From: Prorocentrum cordatum
Taxonomy: Eukaryota
Length of the DNA stretch: 64,000 bases
NCBI GenBank assembly: GCA_963575745.1
Contig: CAUYUJ010000089.1
Location: 1 to 64,000, forward strand
Reading direction: 5' to 3'
Below are positions 52,303 to 63,910 of the stretch, piece by piece. Within the stretch, counting starts at the first letter, position 1, and each line of letters starts with the position of its first letter. The notes beneath the pieces are model-generated. The model saw only the letters and a program-made list of their open reading frames with translations, was not told where the DNA came from and made no database searches. The position numbers were made by a program, and so were the translations under genes.

Positions 52303-54304
52303 TGCATACATATGTATACATACACAAAAATATGTGTCATACCAGTTGGTTGAAGAATATCGGGAGCGTAGTGGCTGAGAGCCGGCGCAGTCGGGTACTC
52401 CACTGTGCCGCGGTAGGTTGTTATGTACACAACACCTGATGCAAGAGCCAGCCACACAAAGATGTAGTCAGCTCCGCTACCAAGTGAAAAAGTAAGGGTT
52501 GAGGGTTTGACCATGAGGTAATAAGTCGAGAACCCTACTCTTAGGATTATGTCGGCGACGTATCGACGTATCCCATAACTCATCCATGGATGGCAAGCAA
52601 GTCGAGAGGCAAGGGCTATACCATGAGATGGAGAAGCGGATCATAGATAGACGTTGTCTTTTGTCTGATACGATAATCCAGATAGAGTCGCACTCAGTCG
52701 TTTAACTGGCTTATGGGAGCGCGCAGTCTTCAGCCAAGACAGCGGCGGATATAGCGTTCGCTATACAGCCCCACCTAAACCTCGTTTAAAGTGTCTGCTT
52801 CTTTGGACCCGCTTGGGGCTCGCTTGGGGCTGTCTGAGAGGCCCTTTTGGGCCGTTTTGGGGCCCTGGCGCTCATACATTCGCAGCACCGTCGGCTCGGC
52901 TCCCAATCACGCGGGCTATGGAAGCTCTGTCACGGCACAGCGTCTCGAATCAGAATATGCTGTTGTTTATTGACCCCCGGCGGACTCCAACAAAAAAATG
53001 AGTAGACTAACAATGTCCCAGTGGGCACTCCGCTAATTGGCACCATGATTACTCTCGTTGATCGGTGTGTTTGCCGACCGGCCTTGGATACGTTAAATCT
53101 GTTCGCAGACTGGCTCATCCTCAGAGAGCCTTGATCACTCTCCCTTGGCCTCCACGTCAGGAGCCCCTTATTCTGCTTTCCCGTCTACAACTACACAATA
53201 AGAGAACTACTCTCCTCTCCCCCTGATCACGTCCAGAAGATATATGGCCCCCCTCCGCGTACTGTTTTTTAACACACAGGATTCCCGGGAAATTGGTTTT
53301 CGCTTGGGTTGTTTTGTCAAAATGTTGCTCCCGCTGCAGCGCGGGCGTTCTCGGTCCTTCCACATAGGACCCAACATCTAGAAAATGGCCCCCCGAGGAA
53401 ACCATCGGAAGTGATTACACATTCGGTATCCATTCGTTGATTTTTGGGACCGCAGAAGCCCCACTTTGAAGCGTCGTCGCTTTCAGAAGTATCAAGCGGG
53501 AGCCTCGTTTCTGCTTTGAGAAGGCGAGGTTGAAAGCAGAGCCAGCGGGTGCTCTCCATCAGCCCCGCCTTGTTGTGGAGCTTGCCGGAGAGCCTAAGGA
53601 GCTAGACATGGAGCCAAACCTCCAGACAGGCCCAAACCTCTCGACACCTCTCGAAGACGATCCACTTACCCTCCATGGAACCCGGCGCCATGCCATGACA
53701 TGCTGTGCGGTGTTGTGTTCTGCGCCGCTGTGCGATGCCATGCTTTGCGTCGTAATGCTTTTTGTGAGGCAATGCCTCACTGCGCAATGCCACGCCATGC
53801 CACGGCGTGCCACGCTCTGCCGTGCTCTTCTACGCCACGCCATGCCGTGCTCTACCATGCATCACGTACCCTCTCGCGATCATTGCCCTGCTCGACATCC
53901 GACTCTGCGAATATAGAAAAGATATCTGAGCCATGGTAACGGATGGGAGGAAGGCGTAGGACGTCAGACATGACGCGAGCGCACCTAGCTTACCCTCTCC
54001 CCCTCCGCCATGTCTGCTGCTCCTTCGCCTCATGTTGCTCCGCCGCATCCTCCTCCTCCTCCTCCTCCTCCTCCTCCTCCTCCTCCTCCTCCTCCTTCTC
54101 CTCCTCCTCCTCCTCCTCCTCCTCCTCCTCCTCATCCTCCTCCCTCCCATCGATCTGTCACGCCTGGCCACGCCGGAATACGCCAGGCTACGTACTCCCC
54201 TCGGCGCCAGGCAGCTCTGCTGCGCTAGAGCTGAGCTGTCCTGCTCGTCCTCCTCATCATCTCCCTCCCCCTCTCCACCTCGGGCAGGCCGGGCCCGAGA
54301 GGTC

Positions 54305-54538
54305 CTGCTGCGGCGCGGCAACGCAGGCCAGGATGCCCACCGACAGGTACTTCGCAACCTCGCCGCTGCGGCCCCGCGCCCCCGCGTGGGCGAAGCACAC
54401 GGCGGCCACCGAGTGGGCCCGGGCGGCGAGGGGGGACCGGTCGTCGCCCCGCTCCCCGCCTGCCCAGACGCAGTCGAGGACGACGGGCCACACCCACTCG
54501 AAGTAGCGCTCCGTGTCCATGAGCTCTGGAGCGGCCGC
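54305..54538 (-). CDS. Host gene exon E (AAAPELMDTERYFEWVWPVVLD...VAAPQQ)
   Basis: Acceptor gggcAG|GCG, high GC3, predicted GA donor CAGCAG|GAcctc, phase 0. Confidence 0.65.
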
Positions 54539-54829
54539 CTGCCCCAGCAGGAAGTATCGCCAGGGAAACGCAAGACTGGGGATCGGGGGACTCGGGCTGG
54601 CACGACGGGGCTGTCACAAACAGGACAGGACGCAGGCCGACATTTGGTGCGGGCGCCCGCTGCCAACGTCCCACGAAAACTGGGCCAGCAAAATCCAAGA
54701 CGCGCTCGCCAACAAGCGTCGGCAAACCCGAGTTCTGGCGTACTCGAGCCTTACGCTTCCCCGATCTAGGCGGCACGCGTGCGCCGCGCCACCCATCCTC
54801 AGGCGGGCCGCCACCAGGTGGGCGTGCGC

Positions 54830-55420
54830 CTCCGCGAGCGTCCACATGAGGGCCGCGACGAAGGCGGGGCCCCGCGAGGTGCCGATCTCGCAGACGCGCT
54901 TGCACACGGCCTCGTACTCCTGTGACAGCAGCGCGGTTCCCCAGGTCTGCGCGTCGCGGAACGCGTCCACGGAAGCCATTGCGCGCATGCAGCAGACCAG
55001 CGCCTGGGTGGAGAGGCGGGCCAGGTCGGCCTGGCGGGCCACGCCGCCCACGAGCATGAGCACGAGCACGCCGAGGCGGCGCAGCGCGGGATCTGGGTAG
55101 CCTCTGAGCCTGTCGAAGCCCTCGCACCACTCGGCGCAGAGCAGCTCGAGCGGGCGCAGTATCAGGGGCACCTGCGCGTCCTCGGGCACACTCGAGAGGC
55201 ACGCCGCGAGGGGCTCGGCCACTAGCGGCATCAGGCCAGCCGCGGAGCGCCAATGGCGTGCGAGCAGCTCGGGAGGGCGCCCCGGCAGCGAGCCGGGAAC
55301 GACCGCGGTAGTCACGGCCAGCACCAGCGCCCGCGCCAGGTCTTCCCACACCCGCAGCGGCTGGCCCCGCACAAGCACCCTGCCCGCCGCGGCCGCCACG
55401 TACCCCCGCAGGACCACGTC
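54830..55420 (-). CDS. Host gene exon D (DVVLRGYVAAAAGRVLV...ALMWTLAE)
   Basis: Very high GC3; acceptor gagcAG|GAC; predicted GC donor GCGGAG|GCgcac. Codon bias drops after this point and a TGA follows at 54614. Confidence 0.7.
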
Positions 55421-55586
55421 CTGCTCCTCCCCCTCCTCCTCCTCCTCCTCCTCCTCCCCTCTCCTCCTCCTCCCTCCTCCTCCTCTCCTCCTCCTCCTCC
55501 TCCTCCCCTCCTCCTCCTCCTCCTCCTCCTCCTCCTCCTCCTCCTCCTCCTCCTCCTCCTCCTCCTCCCTCCCTCCCCCTCCTCGC

Positions 55587-56213
55587 CTGCTCGCACCGCG
55601 GCGGATCGCACACTCCCGAGCGCAGCCAGCGAGCGAGGCCGGCGCGCGCGGCCAGCTCGCCCCCCCCGGCGCGGCCGCCTCCAGCGCGGGCCAGGAAGAG
55701 GGCCGCGAGGCACGCCGCCGGCGTCAGGGGCGCGCCCTGGCGGGCGCCCGCTAGGCCAGAGGCAGCGGCCAGCCATGCAGGGCTGTCCGTGCGGGGTCGC
55801 GCGAGCCTCCTCTCCCACTCCTCCGCGAACAGGAGGACGTTCTCCACCAGCTCCGCGCTAGGGGCCACGTGGCTCCCCTGCACTAGCGGGAAGGCGATCT
55901 GGAGCTCCATGGAGCCCGTGGCCTCGAGGGCGACGGCCGCCAGCACGCCCTGCAGCACCGACTGGAAAAACCGGGCGGTCCAGAACTGCGCAGCCGGCGC
56001 GACGGTGCAGCTGGTCACGATGCCGACCAGGTTACGCCTGGTCTCCTCGTCGGCCACCTCGGCCAGGATCGCGCAGACCGCGAGGACGTGGCGGTTGTTG
56101 TCGATGGTCTGGTTCACCAGAGGGCTGGCTGGGCTCCAGGCCACCGCGGCCCATCGCACGCACTCTGCGGAGAATTCCGCGCAGTGGGCGGGCAGAGGCC
56201 CGCCCTGGGCCGC
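55587..56213 (-). CDS. Host gene exon C (helical hypothetical protein: ...NQTIDNNRHVLAVCAILAEVADEETRRNLVG...CDPPRCEQ)
   Basis: Coding-like part of ORF 54225-56756; acceptor either AG|GCG (56213) or CAG|GGC (56204); GC donor GAGCAG|GCgagg. Confidence 0.7.
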
Positions 56214-56675
56214 CTCTTGGGGCGAAACCAAAAGAGACCGACTCTGGCATGGCAGATGCGTGTCGTGACGATCCCAGCGCAAGCTTCTGACTCCGCCTGG
56301 AGCGCTCGACTTTTCGATCGCCCGACCTCTCCATCGACACGACGCGAGCCTGCCGTCTCCCCAGACCTCTCCCGTGGTGTGTTCTGACCAGAGAAGTTCG
56401 AGACGAATCCAGCCGTGGCGACCAGGGCTGGCAACGGCACCTTTCGTCGGGGTGGGAAAAATGCAGCATCGCGAAAAATCACGACCCTCGCCAGCCGTGA
56501 GTGCGCTCGCTGGGTGATTAGGCTTCGCCCGTAGCCCAGGTTGACCTCTGACGCCGCCTGCGCCTTCGCTTGCGGCTGCGACGGACAAAAAGAAAATCAC
56601 GGCCAGAGCCCGGGACCTGCGGCAGCTTTCCAGCCGAATCGATCTGATGGTCCCGGGACCAGAATCTTCGGCGGC

Positions 56676-56857
56676 GAGCGAGGGGGGGAAGCGAGAAGGG
56701 GCGGGCCTTCTCAGAAGGCTCGAAGTCCCCAGGGACTTCTGAAAGTTTCTGAGCATTCCCCGAAGTTAGAAAAAACCTCTGAGAAGGCGCGGGGGCTTCT
56801 GAGAAGTCCCGCCGCCTTCTGAGAAGGCCTTCTCCTTCTCACTTCCCCCCCTCGCTC
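56676..56857. mobile_element. 182-bp MITE with ~43-bp TIRs and 5-bp TSD GCGGC (intronic)
   Basis: GAGCGAGGGGGGGAAGCGAGAAGG..CCTTCTCAGAAGG / CCTTCTGAGAAGG..CCTTCTCACTTCCCCCCCTCGCTC. Confidence 0.8.
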
Positions 56858-57324
56858 GCGGCTGATGACTGTCCCGGGGCCAGAGTCTGGGCGAAAACGC
56901 CCGGCGTGAAAGTTGTTGCAACGCCCGGGTCCCAGGGTTCCTCCCCCGAGCCTTGAGGAGCACCACTCCCAGCAGGCTGGAGACCCAGAAGCCCACCTGC
57001 GGGGGAGTCCGCAAAGCGTGCGCGCGCCCCGCCACGTACCCGAGCGGGACCCCCCGAGTCCGCGAGGTCAGCCTCGCGTTGCGAACGCTCGCGCAGTGCA
57101 AACTCTCGGAAAACGTGAAACAGATCTACGCTCTTCCCCGTCTCCCAACATATTTTGTTTATTATTTGTTTTCAGCGGACTATTTTGGGAGAAGAAGGAG
57201 GAGGACGAGGAAGGGGACGACCGCGACGCACCACATGGGGCTCTGGCTACTGCTTCAGAAGCCACCGACTCCTCACGCTCGCCCTCCTCCTGCCAATCGT
57301 GCGCTCCTCGTCCTTCACTCGGTC

Positions 57325-57750
57325 TCGCTCAGACTCAGACTTCTTCGTCAGCACTCAGACTCACTCACACTCCGACGCCTCCGATTCACGCCTCAGACCT
57401 CACTCTCCCCCTCTCCTCCTCTTCCTCATTGGGACTCACTCGTGCTCAAGCACACCTGCATTCAGACTCAGTCGTCATCAGACTCACTCGCCCTCAGAAT
57501 CACGCGAGCTCAGACTCACTCACATCCTCTTCTTCCTCACTCAGACTCAGACTCAGACTCAGACTCACACTCAGACTCACTCGAGCTCAGCCTCACCCAC
57601 ACCCTCCTCTTCCTCACTCAGACTCACTCCGACACACTCATACTCAGCCTCACTCGCACTCAGACTCACTAATGCTCAGACTTCCTCACACTCAGTCTCA
57701 GTCACACTCAAAGTCACTGAACCTCAGACGCACTCACAATCAGCCTCACT
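57325..57750. repeat. Degenerate (ACTCAG/ACTCAC)n repeat
   Basis: Read directly. Confidence 0.85.
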
Positions 57751-57789
57751 CGCAATTGGACTTGCGACGCATTCGCCCTCGGACTCCCA

Positions 57790-58770
57790 GATCGCAAGGA
57801 TATCTCGAGCGAGGCGTTCGTTTCAGCACCCCGAGGAGGAGCCGCCAGGGGTGGTTGCACGGCCCCGCTCGCACCCAGATTGTGGCGATGCCTCAGGAGG
57901 TTTGCCGGCTTGGTTGCCCAGACTCCTTTGCTTTCAAAGCAGATCGTGAGAATATCTCGAGCGAGGCTCTGGTTCCAGCACCCCGAGGAGAAGCCACCAG
58001 GGGTGGTTGCCCAGCCCAGGTCGCGCCCAGACTGCGGCGATGCCTCAGGCGGTTTGCCGGCTTGGTTGCCCAGACTCCTTTGCGTTCAAAGCAGATCGTG
58101 AGAATATCTCGAGCGAGGCTCTGGTTCCAGCACCCCGAGGAGAAGCCACCAGGGGTGGTTGCCCAGCCCAGGTCGCGCCCAGACTGCGGCGATGCCTCAG
58201 GCGGTTTGCCTGCCTGGCTGCCCAGGATCCCCTGCTTTCAGAGCAGATCGGGGGGAAGTCTCGAGCGAGGCGCTGGTTCCAGCACCCCGCGGGGGAGCCG
58301 CCAGAGGTGGTTGCACGACCCTGGTCGCGCCCATATCGTGGGAAGGGACGCCTCAGGCGGTTGGCCTGCTTGCTGGCCCAGACCCCCCTACGTTCCGAGC
58401 AGATCTTTAGGATTTATCGAGCAAGGCGCTGGTTACGGCATCCGGGAGCTGCCAGGGGTGGCTGCCCGGCCCCGTTCGCACCCAGCTTGTGGGGAAGTCT
58501 CTGGCGGTTTGCCTGCTTCGACGCCTTCTAGCTCCTCTGCTTCCAGAGCCGATCGTGAGGATGTCTCGAGCGAGGCGCTGCTTCCGGGAACCCCATGGGA
58601 GAGCCGCCGGGAGTGGTTGCACGGCCCCGCTCGCGCCCAGAGCGTGGGGTGTCCGAGGCGGTCTGCCTGCTCGGTTGCCCAGATCCTCTGCTCTCAGAGC
58701 AAGTCGTAAGAATTTCTCGAGCGAGGCGCTCGCTGCAGCAACCGGGAGCCGCCAGGAGTGCTTCGCTGTC
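57790..58770. repeat. 152-bp tandem repeat, left part (~7 diverged copies)
   Basis: TCTCGAGCGAGG anchors at 57803, 57955, 58107, 58259 and onward. Confidence 0.9.
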
Positions 58771-58773
58771 AGC

Positions 58774-60585
58774 TTTTTCCCCACATGTTTCGTGGGGTTC
58801 TGGTTTTCTTCCCTGCCGCGCCGCACCCGCGTCTCACACCTCCCCCCTCCCCTTCTCCTTCTCGCACAGCACAGCACAGCACGGCACGGCACGGCACGGC
58901 ACGGCACAGCACAGCTCACCGCACAGCAGCACAGCACAGCACAGCACAGCACAGCATACCACACAGGGCATTCCTTCGACGCCACAGGGGGTGGGGGTGC
59001 GCAGAGGGTAATCCCTCAGCGCGGCCTCTATCCGTGACACGCTCGCAGATCGTGACAGGCATGACACTTTCTCGACACCACAGGGGGTGCGCAGAGGGTG
59101 TTCCCTCAGCGCTGCCTCTATCCGTGACACGCTCGCAGATCGTGGCAGGAGTGGCACTTTCTCGACACCACAGGGGGTGCGCAGAGGGTGGTCCCTCAGC
59201 GCGGCCTATATCCGTGACGCGCTCGCAGATCGTGGCAGGAGTGGCACTTTCTCGACACACAGGGGGTGCGCAGAGGGTGGTCCCTCAGCGCGGCCTCTAT
59301 CCGTGACACGCTCGCAGATCGTGGCAGGAGTGGCACCTTCTCGACGCCACAGGGGGTGCGCAGAGGGTGGTCCCTCAGCGCGGCCTCTATCCGTGACACG
59401 CTCGCAGATCGTGGCAGGAGTGGCACTTTCTCGACACCACAGGGGGTGTGCAGAGGGTGGTCCCTCAGCGCGGCCTCGCCTCTATCCGTGACACGCTCGC
59501 AGATCGTGGCAGGAATGGCATTTTCTCGACACCACAGGGGGTGCGCAGAGGGTGGTCCCTCAGCGCGGCCTCTATCCGTGACACGCTCGCAGATCGTGGC
59601 AGGAGTGGCACTTTCTCGACACCACAGGGGGTGCGCAGAGGGTGGTCCCTCAGCGCGGCCTCTATCCGTGACACGCTCGCAGATCGTGGCAGGAGTGGCA
59701 CTTTCTCGACGCCACAGGGGGTGCGCAGAGGGTGGTCCCTCAGCGCGGCCTCTATCCGTGACACGCTCGCAGATCGTGGCAGGAGTGGCACTTTCTCGAC
59801 ACCACAGGGGGTGCGCAGAGGGTGGTCCCTCAGCGCGGCCTCTATCCGTGACACGCTCGCAGATCGTGGCAGGAGTGGCACTTTCTCGACACCACAGGGG
59901 GTGCGCAGAGGGTGGTCCCTCAGCGCGGCCTCTATCCGTGACACGCTCGCAGATCGTGGCAGGAGTGGCACTGTCTCGACACCACAGGGGGTGCGCAGGG
60001 GGTGGTGGTCCCTCAGCGCGGCCTCTATCCGTGACGCGCTCGCAGATCGTGGCAGGAGTGGCACTTGCTCGACGCCACAGGGGGTGCGCAGAGGGTGGTC
60101 CCTCAGCGCGGCCTCTATCCGTGACACGCTCGCAGATCGTGGCAGGAGTGGCACTTTCTCGACACCACAGGAGGTGCGCAGAGGGTGGTCCCTCAGCGCG
60201 GCCGCTATGCACGACGGTCGTCCAGGGCATAGCAGGCGTGGCACTTTCTCGACACCATAGAGGCTGCGCAGGGGGGGGTCCCTCACCGCGGCCGCTATGC
60301 ACGACGGTCGTCCAGGGCATAGCAGGCGCGGCATTTTCTCGACACCACTGGGGGTGCGCAGGGGGTGGTCCCTCACCGCGGCCGCTGGCTGGCTCGAATC
60401 TGTCCTCGACAGAGGATTGAAGGCTAGGAAGAGGGAGAAGGTTCAAGCAACATGGCGTTGGATGACACATAGGGGAACATTCGCGACGAGGGCTGAGAAC
60501 GCAGAAGTGCACATAGATTATAAACTTAAGCAAACACTCAATATTTAAGTTAAGTATGTGGGGTTTCTCGGTAGCGTAATGCGGA
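58774..60585 (+). mobile_element. Helentron/HINE-like element carrying 90-bp satellite B (array ~58975-60385, ~15 copies)
   Basis: 5' TTTTTCCCCACAT..GTGGGG hairpin, (GCACA/GCACG)n, unit CGACACCACAGGGGGTGCGCAGAGGGTGGTCCCTCAGCGCGG...; 3' ATGTGGGG at 60556-60563 followed by TAGCGTAATGC. Confidence 0.55.
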
Positions 60586-61350
60586 TGTCCCAAGCAGCTT
60601 GGCGGTTGGATCGCCCAGACAGCTCTGCTTTCAATGCAGATCGAAAGGATTTCTCGAGCGAAACGCTGGTTCCAGCACCCCAAGAAAAAGCCGCCAGGGT
60701 GGTTGCGCCCAGAATGTGGGGATGTATCAGGCAGTTTGCCTATTTGGTTGCCCTGACCCCTTCGCTTTCAAAGCAGATCGTGAGGATGTCTCGAGCGAGG
60801 CGCTGGCTTCAGCACCTCCAGGGACAGCCGCCAGGGGTTGTTGCATGGTCCCGTTCGCACCCAGATTGTGGCGATGTCTCAGGCGGTTTGCCTGTTTCGG
60901 CGCCATTTGTCTCCTCTGCTTTCAAAGCAGAGCATGAGTATGTCTCGAGCGAGGCGCTGGCCTCAGCACCCCAAGGGGGAGCCGCCAGGGGTGGTTGCAC
61001 GGCCCAGGTCGCGCCAAGATTGTGGGGATGTCTTAAGCGGGTTGCGTTGTTGGTGGCCCAGACGCCTTTAGTGTCAAGGCGGATGTGAGGGTGTCTCGAG
61101 TGAGGCGTTGGTTCCAGCACCCCAGAGGGAAGTCGCCAGGGGGGCAGAACACTAGCCCAGTCGCGGCCACGTTGTCGCAAGGTCTCGCGTGGTTTGCCTG
61201 TTACGGCGCCTCTTGCTCCTCTGCTTTCAAAGCAGATGGTGAGGATGTTTTGAGCGATACATTGGCTTCGGCACCAAGGGGCGCCGCCAAGGGCTATGAC
61301 ATTCGCCCGTTCGTGCCCAGATCCTGACCATGTCTCGAGCAAGGCGCTCT
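60586..61350. repeat. 152-bp tandem repeat, right part (~5 diverged copies)
   Basis: The same unit resumes after the 58774-60585 insertion. Confidence 0.85.
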
Positions 61351-62407
61351 TGTTGCACCTCCGACTCCTCTTACGTCGATGTAGGGAAAGGGATGACCGC
61401 CAGGGAGGACGAGGGAGGACGGAGGAAGCATGAGGAGGACGCGGGAGGACGGAGGGGAAGAGAAAGACATGGCTACAACGAGGAGGAAAAGGAAGGAAAA
61501 GGGGGGAGGCCGCTGGGCACGGGAACACTTGCCATGCGTGAGGAGTAAGGACGGTGGAAGAGGGAAGACGAGGACGAGTAGGAGGACGAGGAGGAGGACG
61601 AGGGAGGAGGATGCAGGAGGGAGAAAGACAACCACCAGGGAGGAGGAGGGAGGACAGAGGAGGACGAAAGACGCAGGACGAGGGAGAAGGGAAGAGAGGG
61701 AAGAGAAGGGAGGGGCTGCGACGAGGAGGCCGAAGGAGGGAGAGGGGAGAGGCCCTGCTGACCGCCTGTCTGTCTGTTCCTCCTCCTCCTCCTCCTCTTC
61801 CTCCTCCTCCTTCTCCTCCTCCCTTTCTTTCTCCCGTCGTCGTCGTCGTCGTTGTCGTCCTCGTCCCTCTTCGTAGCTGCCGACGCGGTCGTCGTCGTCG
61901 CCGCGCTAGGGAACCAGCTGTACACATGGGGACCTCCACGTCGAGAAACGATCGCATTTCAGACGAGCATCGTTGCCACCGCAGGGCGTGATTGCACATA
62001 CTGCGCATGAGTAACCGCAGGTGTGCATGCGTGCGTGCATCTATTGCGTGAATATGTTGAGCGGGACGTAACCTCCGAGGCTCGAACCGAACCCAGAACT
62101 CACTGGACATGTCCCAGAGCCCAGCGGCAAAAACTGAGCAGTCACACCTCGAGCCTCCTCCCTCGCTCCCTGGTTGCGGTCTCTCCCTTGTCCGTTCCCG
62201 CCTGCCCGCCCGCCTGCTCCGTCCTGCCAGCCCTGGCCCCCCGCCTGCACGCTCCCCGCCGTCTGGTTGCTTCTCGATCCCTCTTCTCCCCCTCCGTCGC
62301 CGCGCAGCAGAGCCTTCCAGGAGCCGATGGTGCCACAGGCTTCGCTCTCACAGGCAGGGTAACGAGCGCGGATTTGCGCGGACGTGCGTCTGCTGTTCGC
62401 CCCTGAC

Positions 62408-62548
62408 CTGCAGCTGCTCCGGCGCGGGCAGCTGCGGCAGCAGGCGCAGCGCGGGCAGCAACGTGGCGCGCAGCGCGGGCAGATCCTCCGCCGCCGCCGG
62501 CCGCGCCTGCACGTGGCGGATGGCCCTGCGCAGCGATCGCTCTGCGTC
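62408..62548 (-). CDS. Host gene exon B (DAERSLRRAIRHVQ...LPAPEQLQ)
   Basis: High GC3, acceptor gcgAG|GAC, donor CTGCAG|GTcagg, phase 0. An alternative ATG at 62647 is in the same frame. Confidence 0.6.
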
Positions 62549-62814
62549 CTCGCACGAGAGGCAGCAATGTAGGGAGGACGCAGCGCACCGCCACCAACAA
62601 CGCCAGGAGGGCAGAGGCGGAGGGTGGTCAGGGGTGGTGGGGTACATCGTTTCGGGCGCTCTCGCGGGGCACAGTGCGCACCCGCATCGCATCCCGCACA
62701 CCAGCTCGCCCTGAATCCCCCCGGGTGGTGGCGGCGGTGGTGCGCTTCCTGCTCCCAACGGACAAGGGAAGGGGCTTGCTCAGGGGTTGAGCAGGCACCG
62801 ACCGTCCCGGCATT

Positions 62815-63161
62815 CCTATAGTCCTACCACGAAATGTTCTTAGAACCCCAAAATGTTCTAAGAACAAAAACAATGTTCTTGGAACATAAACCCGATGTGA
62901 TAAAACAAGACAGTCTCCGCCATAAATGTTCTAAGAACATGTTGTGGAAATCACGGAAGGCTGCGAGGCTGCGAGGCTGCGAGGCTGCGCCTATGTCGTC
63001 CCAGGGGGACGGCCCTACGCGGGGCTAGGCGGTAGCGCCGGGGCGCCGGCATCACTCGAGCATCACATATCGCATCGTTGCCATCAAATTCCACACCCTG
63101 TGGTTGTGTCGCTGTGGAAACCACGGGAGGTTCTTAGAACATTGTCTGGTGGGGCTATAGG
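62815..63161. mobile_element. ~347-bp MITE-like element with CCTATAG termini (intronic)
   Basis: ~33-bp imperfect TIRs; subterminal TGTTCT(T/A)AGAAC palindromic repeats; no clear TSD. Confidence 0.65.
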
Positions 63162-63188
63162 CGAGCCAGACGCTTCGCCACTGCTTGA

Positions 63189-63475
63189 AGGGGGGGGGGC
63201 ACGTCGACCTGTGGAGCCGACGGTCCGTCGCCGACGGCCCGGCGATCGGCCCCCGACAACGAGTCCGCACGGCCCTGGACGGGGTCAGACGTCGGGCCGC
63301 CATCGGCGATCGGTGGGCGATCGAAGGATTGCAAAAAAACCGAAGGATTGCAAAAAAACCCTGGGTTTTTTTGCAATCCTGGGTTTTTTGCAATCCTTCG
63401 TTTTTTTGCAATCCTTCGGTTTTTGTTGCAATCCTTCGGTTTTTTTGCAATCCTTGGGTCGATGCACTCCCCCCT
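63189..63475. mobile_element. MITE-like element with inverted GAAGGATTGCAAAAAA repeats
   Basis: G-run/TCGACC terminal IR; two forward and five reverse copies of the repeat at 63325-63456. Confidence 0.5.
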
Positions 63476-63829
63476 GAGCCCGCTCCCTCCCACACCGCCC
63501 CCTGAGCTCAGGGGAGGGCGAGTCGAGACAGCGGCAGGTGGCCCCTCCCTGAGGTCCAGGCGTCGCATCTTCCTCGTGCCAGGGCGTTCTCGCGCGGCTG
63601 CGGGCCCCGTGACCCTCGCACATCGATGCGACTCGCAAGGTGGCGCACAAGGATGGGGTCCAGGCCTCTGGTCGTGGTTGCTCGCGATGCTACATATTTT
63701 TATGCAGCGTCGGATCTCAGTGTCGCCTACAAGCTTGACACAGCTCTGAAAACGGGTACACGTGGAGCCCGGGAGGGGTCGGGGGGCCGATTCTGAGCTG
63801 CCGCTGTCTTAGCTTGCCCTGCTCCGATC

Positions 63830-63910
63830 CTCGATGCGGCGCCACAGCAGCAGCCCAGGCACCCACGCCGCAACCTCCCAGAGTACCCCCTCGTCCCGCT
63901 GGTTCCAGGC
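63830..63910 (-). CDS. Host gene exon A (AWNQRDEGVLWEVAAWVPGLLLWRRIE); the gene continues beyond the window
   Basis: GC3-rich frame, acceptor cagAG|GCC, GA donor ATCGAG|GAtcgg; phase 0 and shares CGAGGA with the next acceptor. Confidence 0.5.

Noticed and set aside
54614..54616. In-frame TGA as selenocysteine or readthrough
   Set aside because: Better explained by a 291-nt GC..AG intron (54539-54829) with an AGGCG junction repeat and low codon bias.
54225..56756. 843-aa ORF as a single gene
   Set aside because: Only ~55587-56213 has coding bias; the rest is intron or off-frame read-through.
56913..58709. 598-aa ORF
   Set aside because: Spans ACTCAG and 152-bp repeats; low complexity.
59196..60683. 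495-aa and 384-aa repeat ORFs
   Set aside because: Translations of 90-bp satellite B.
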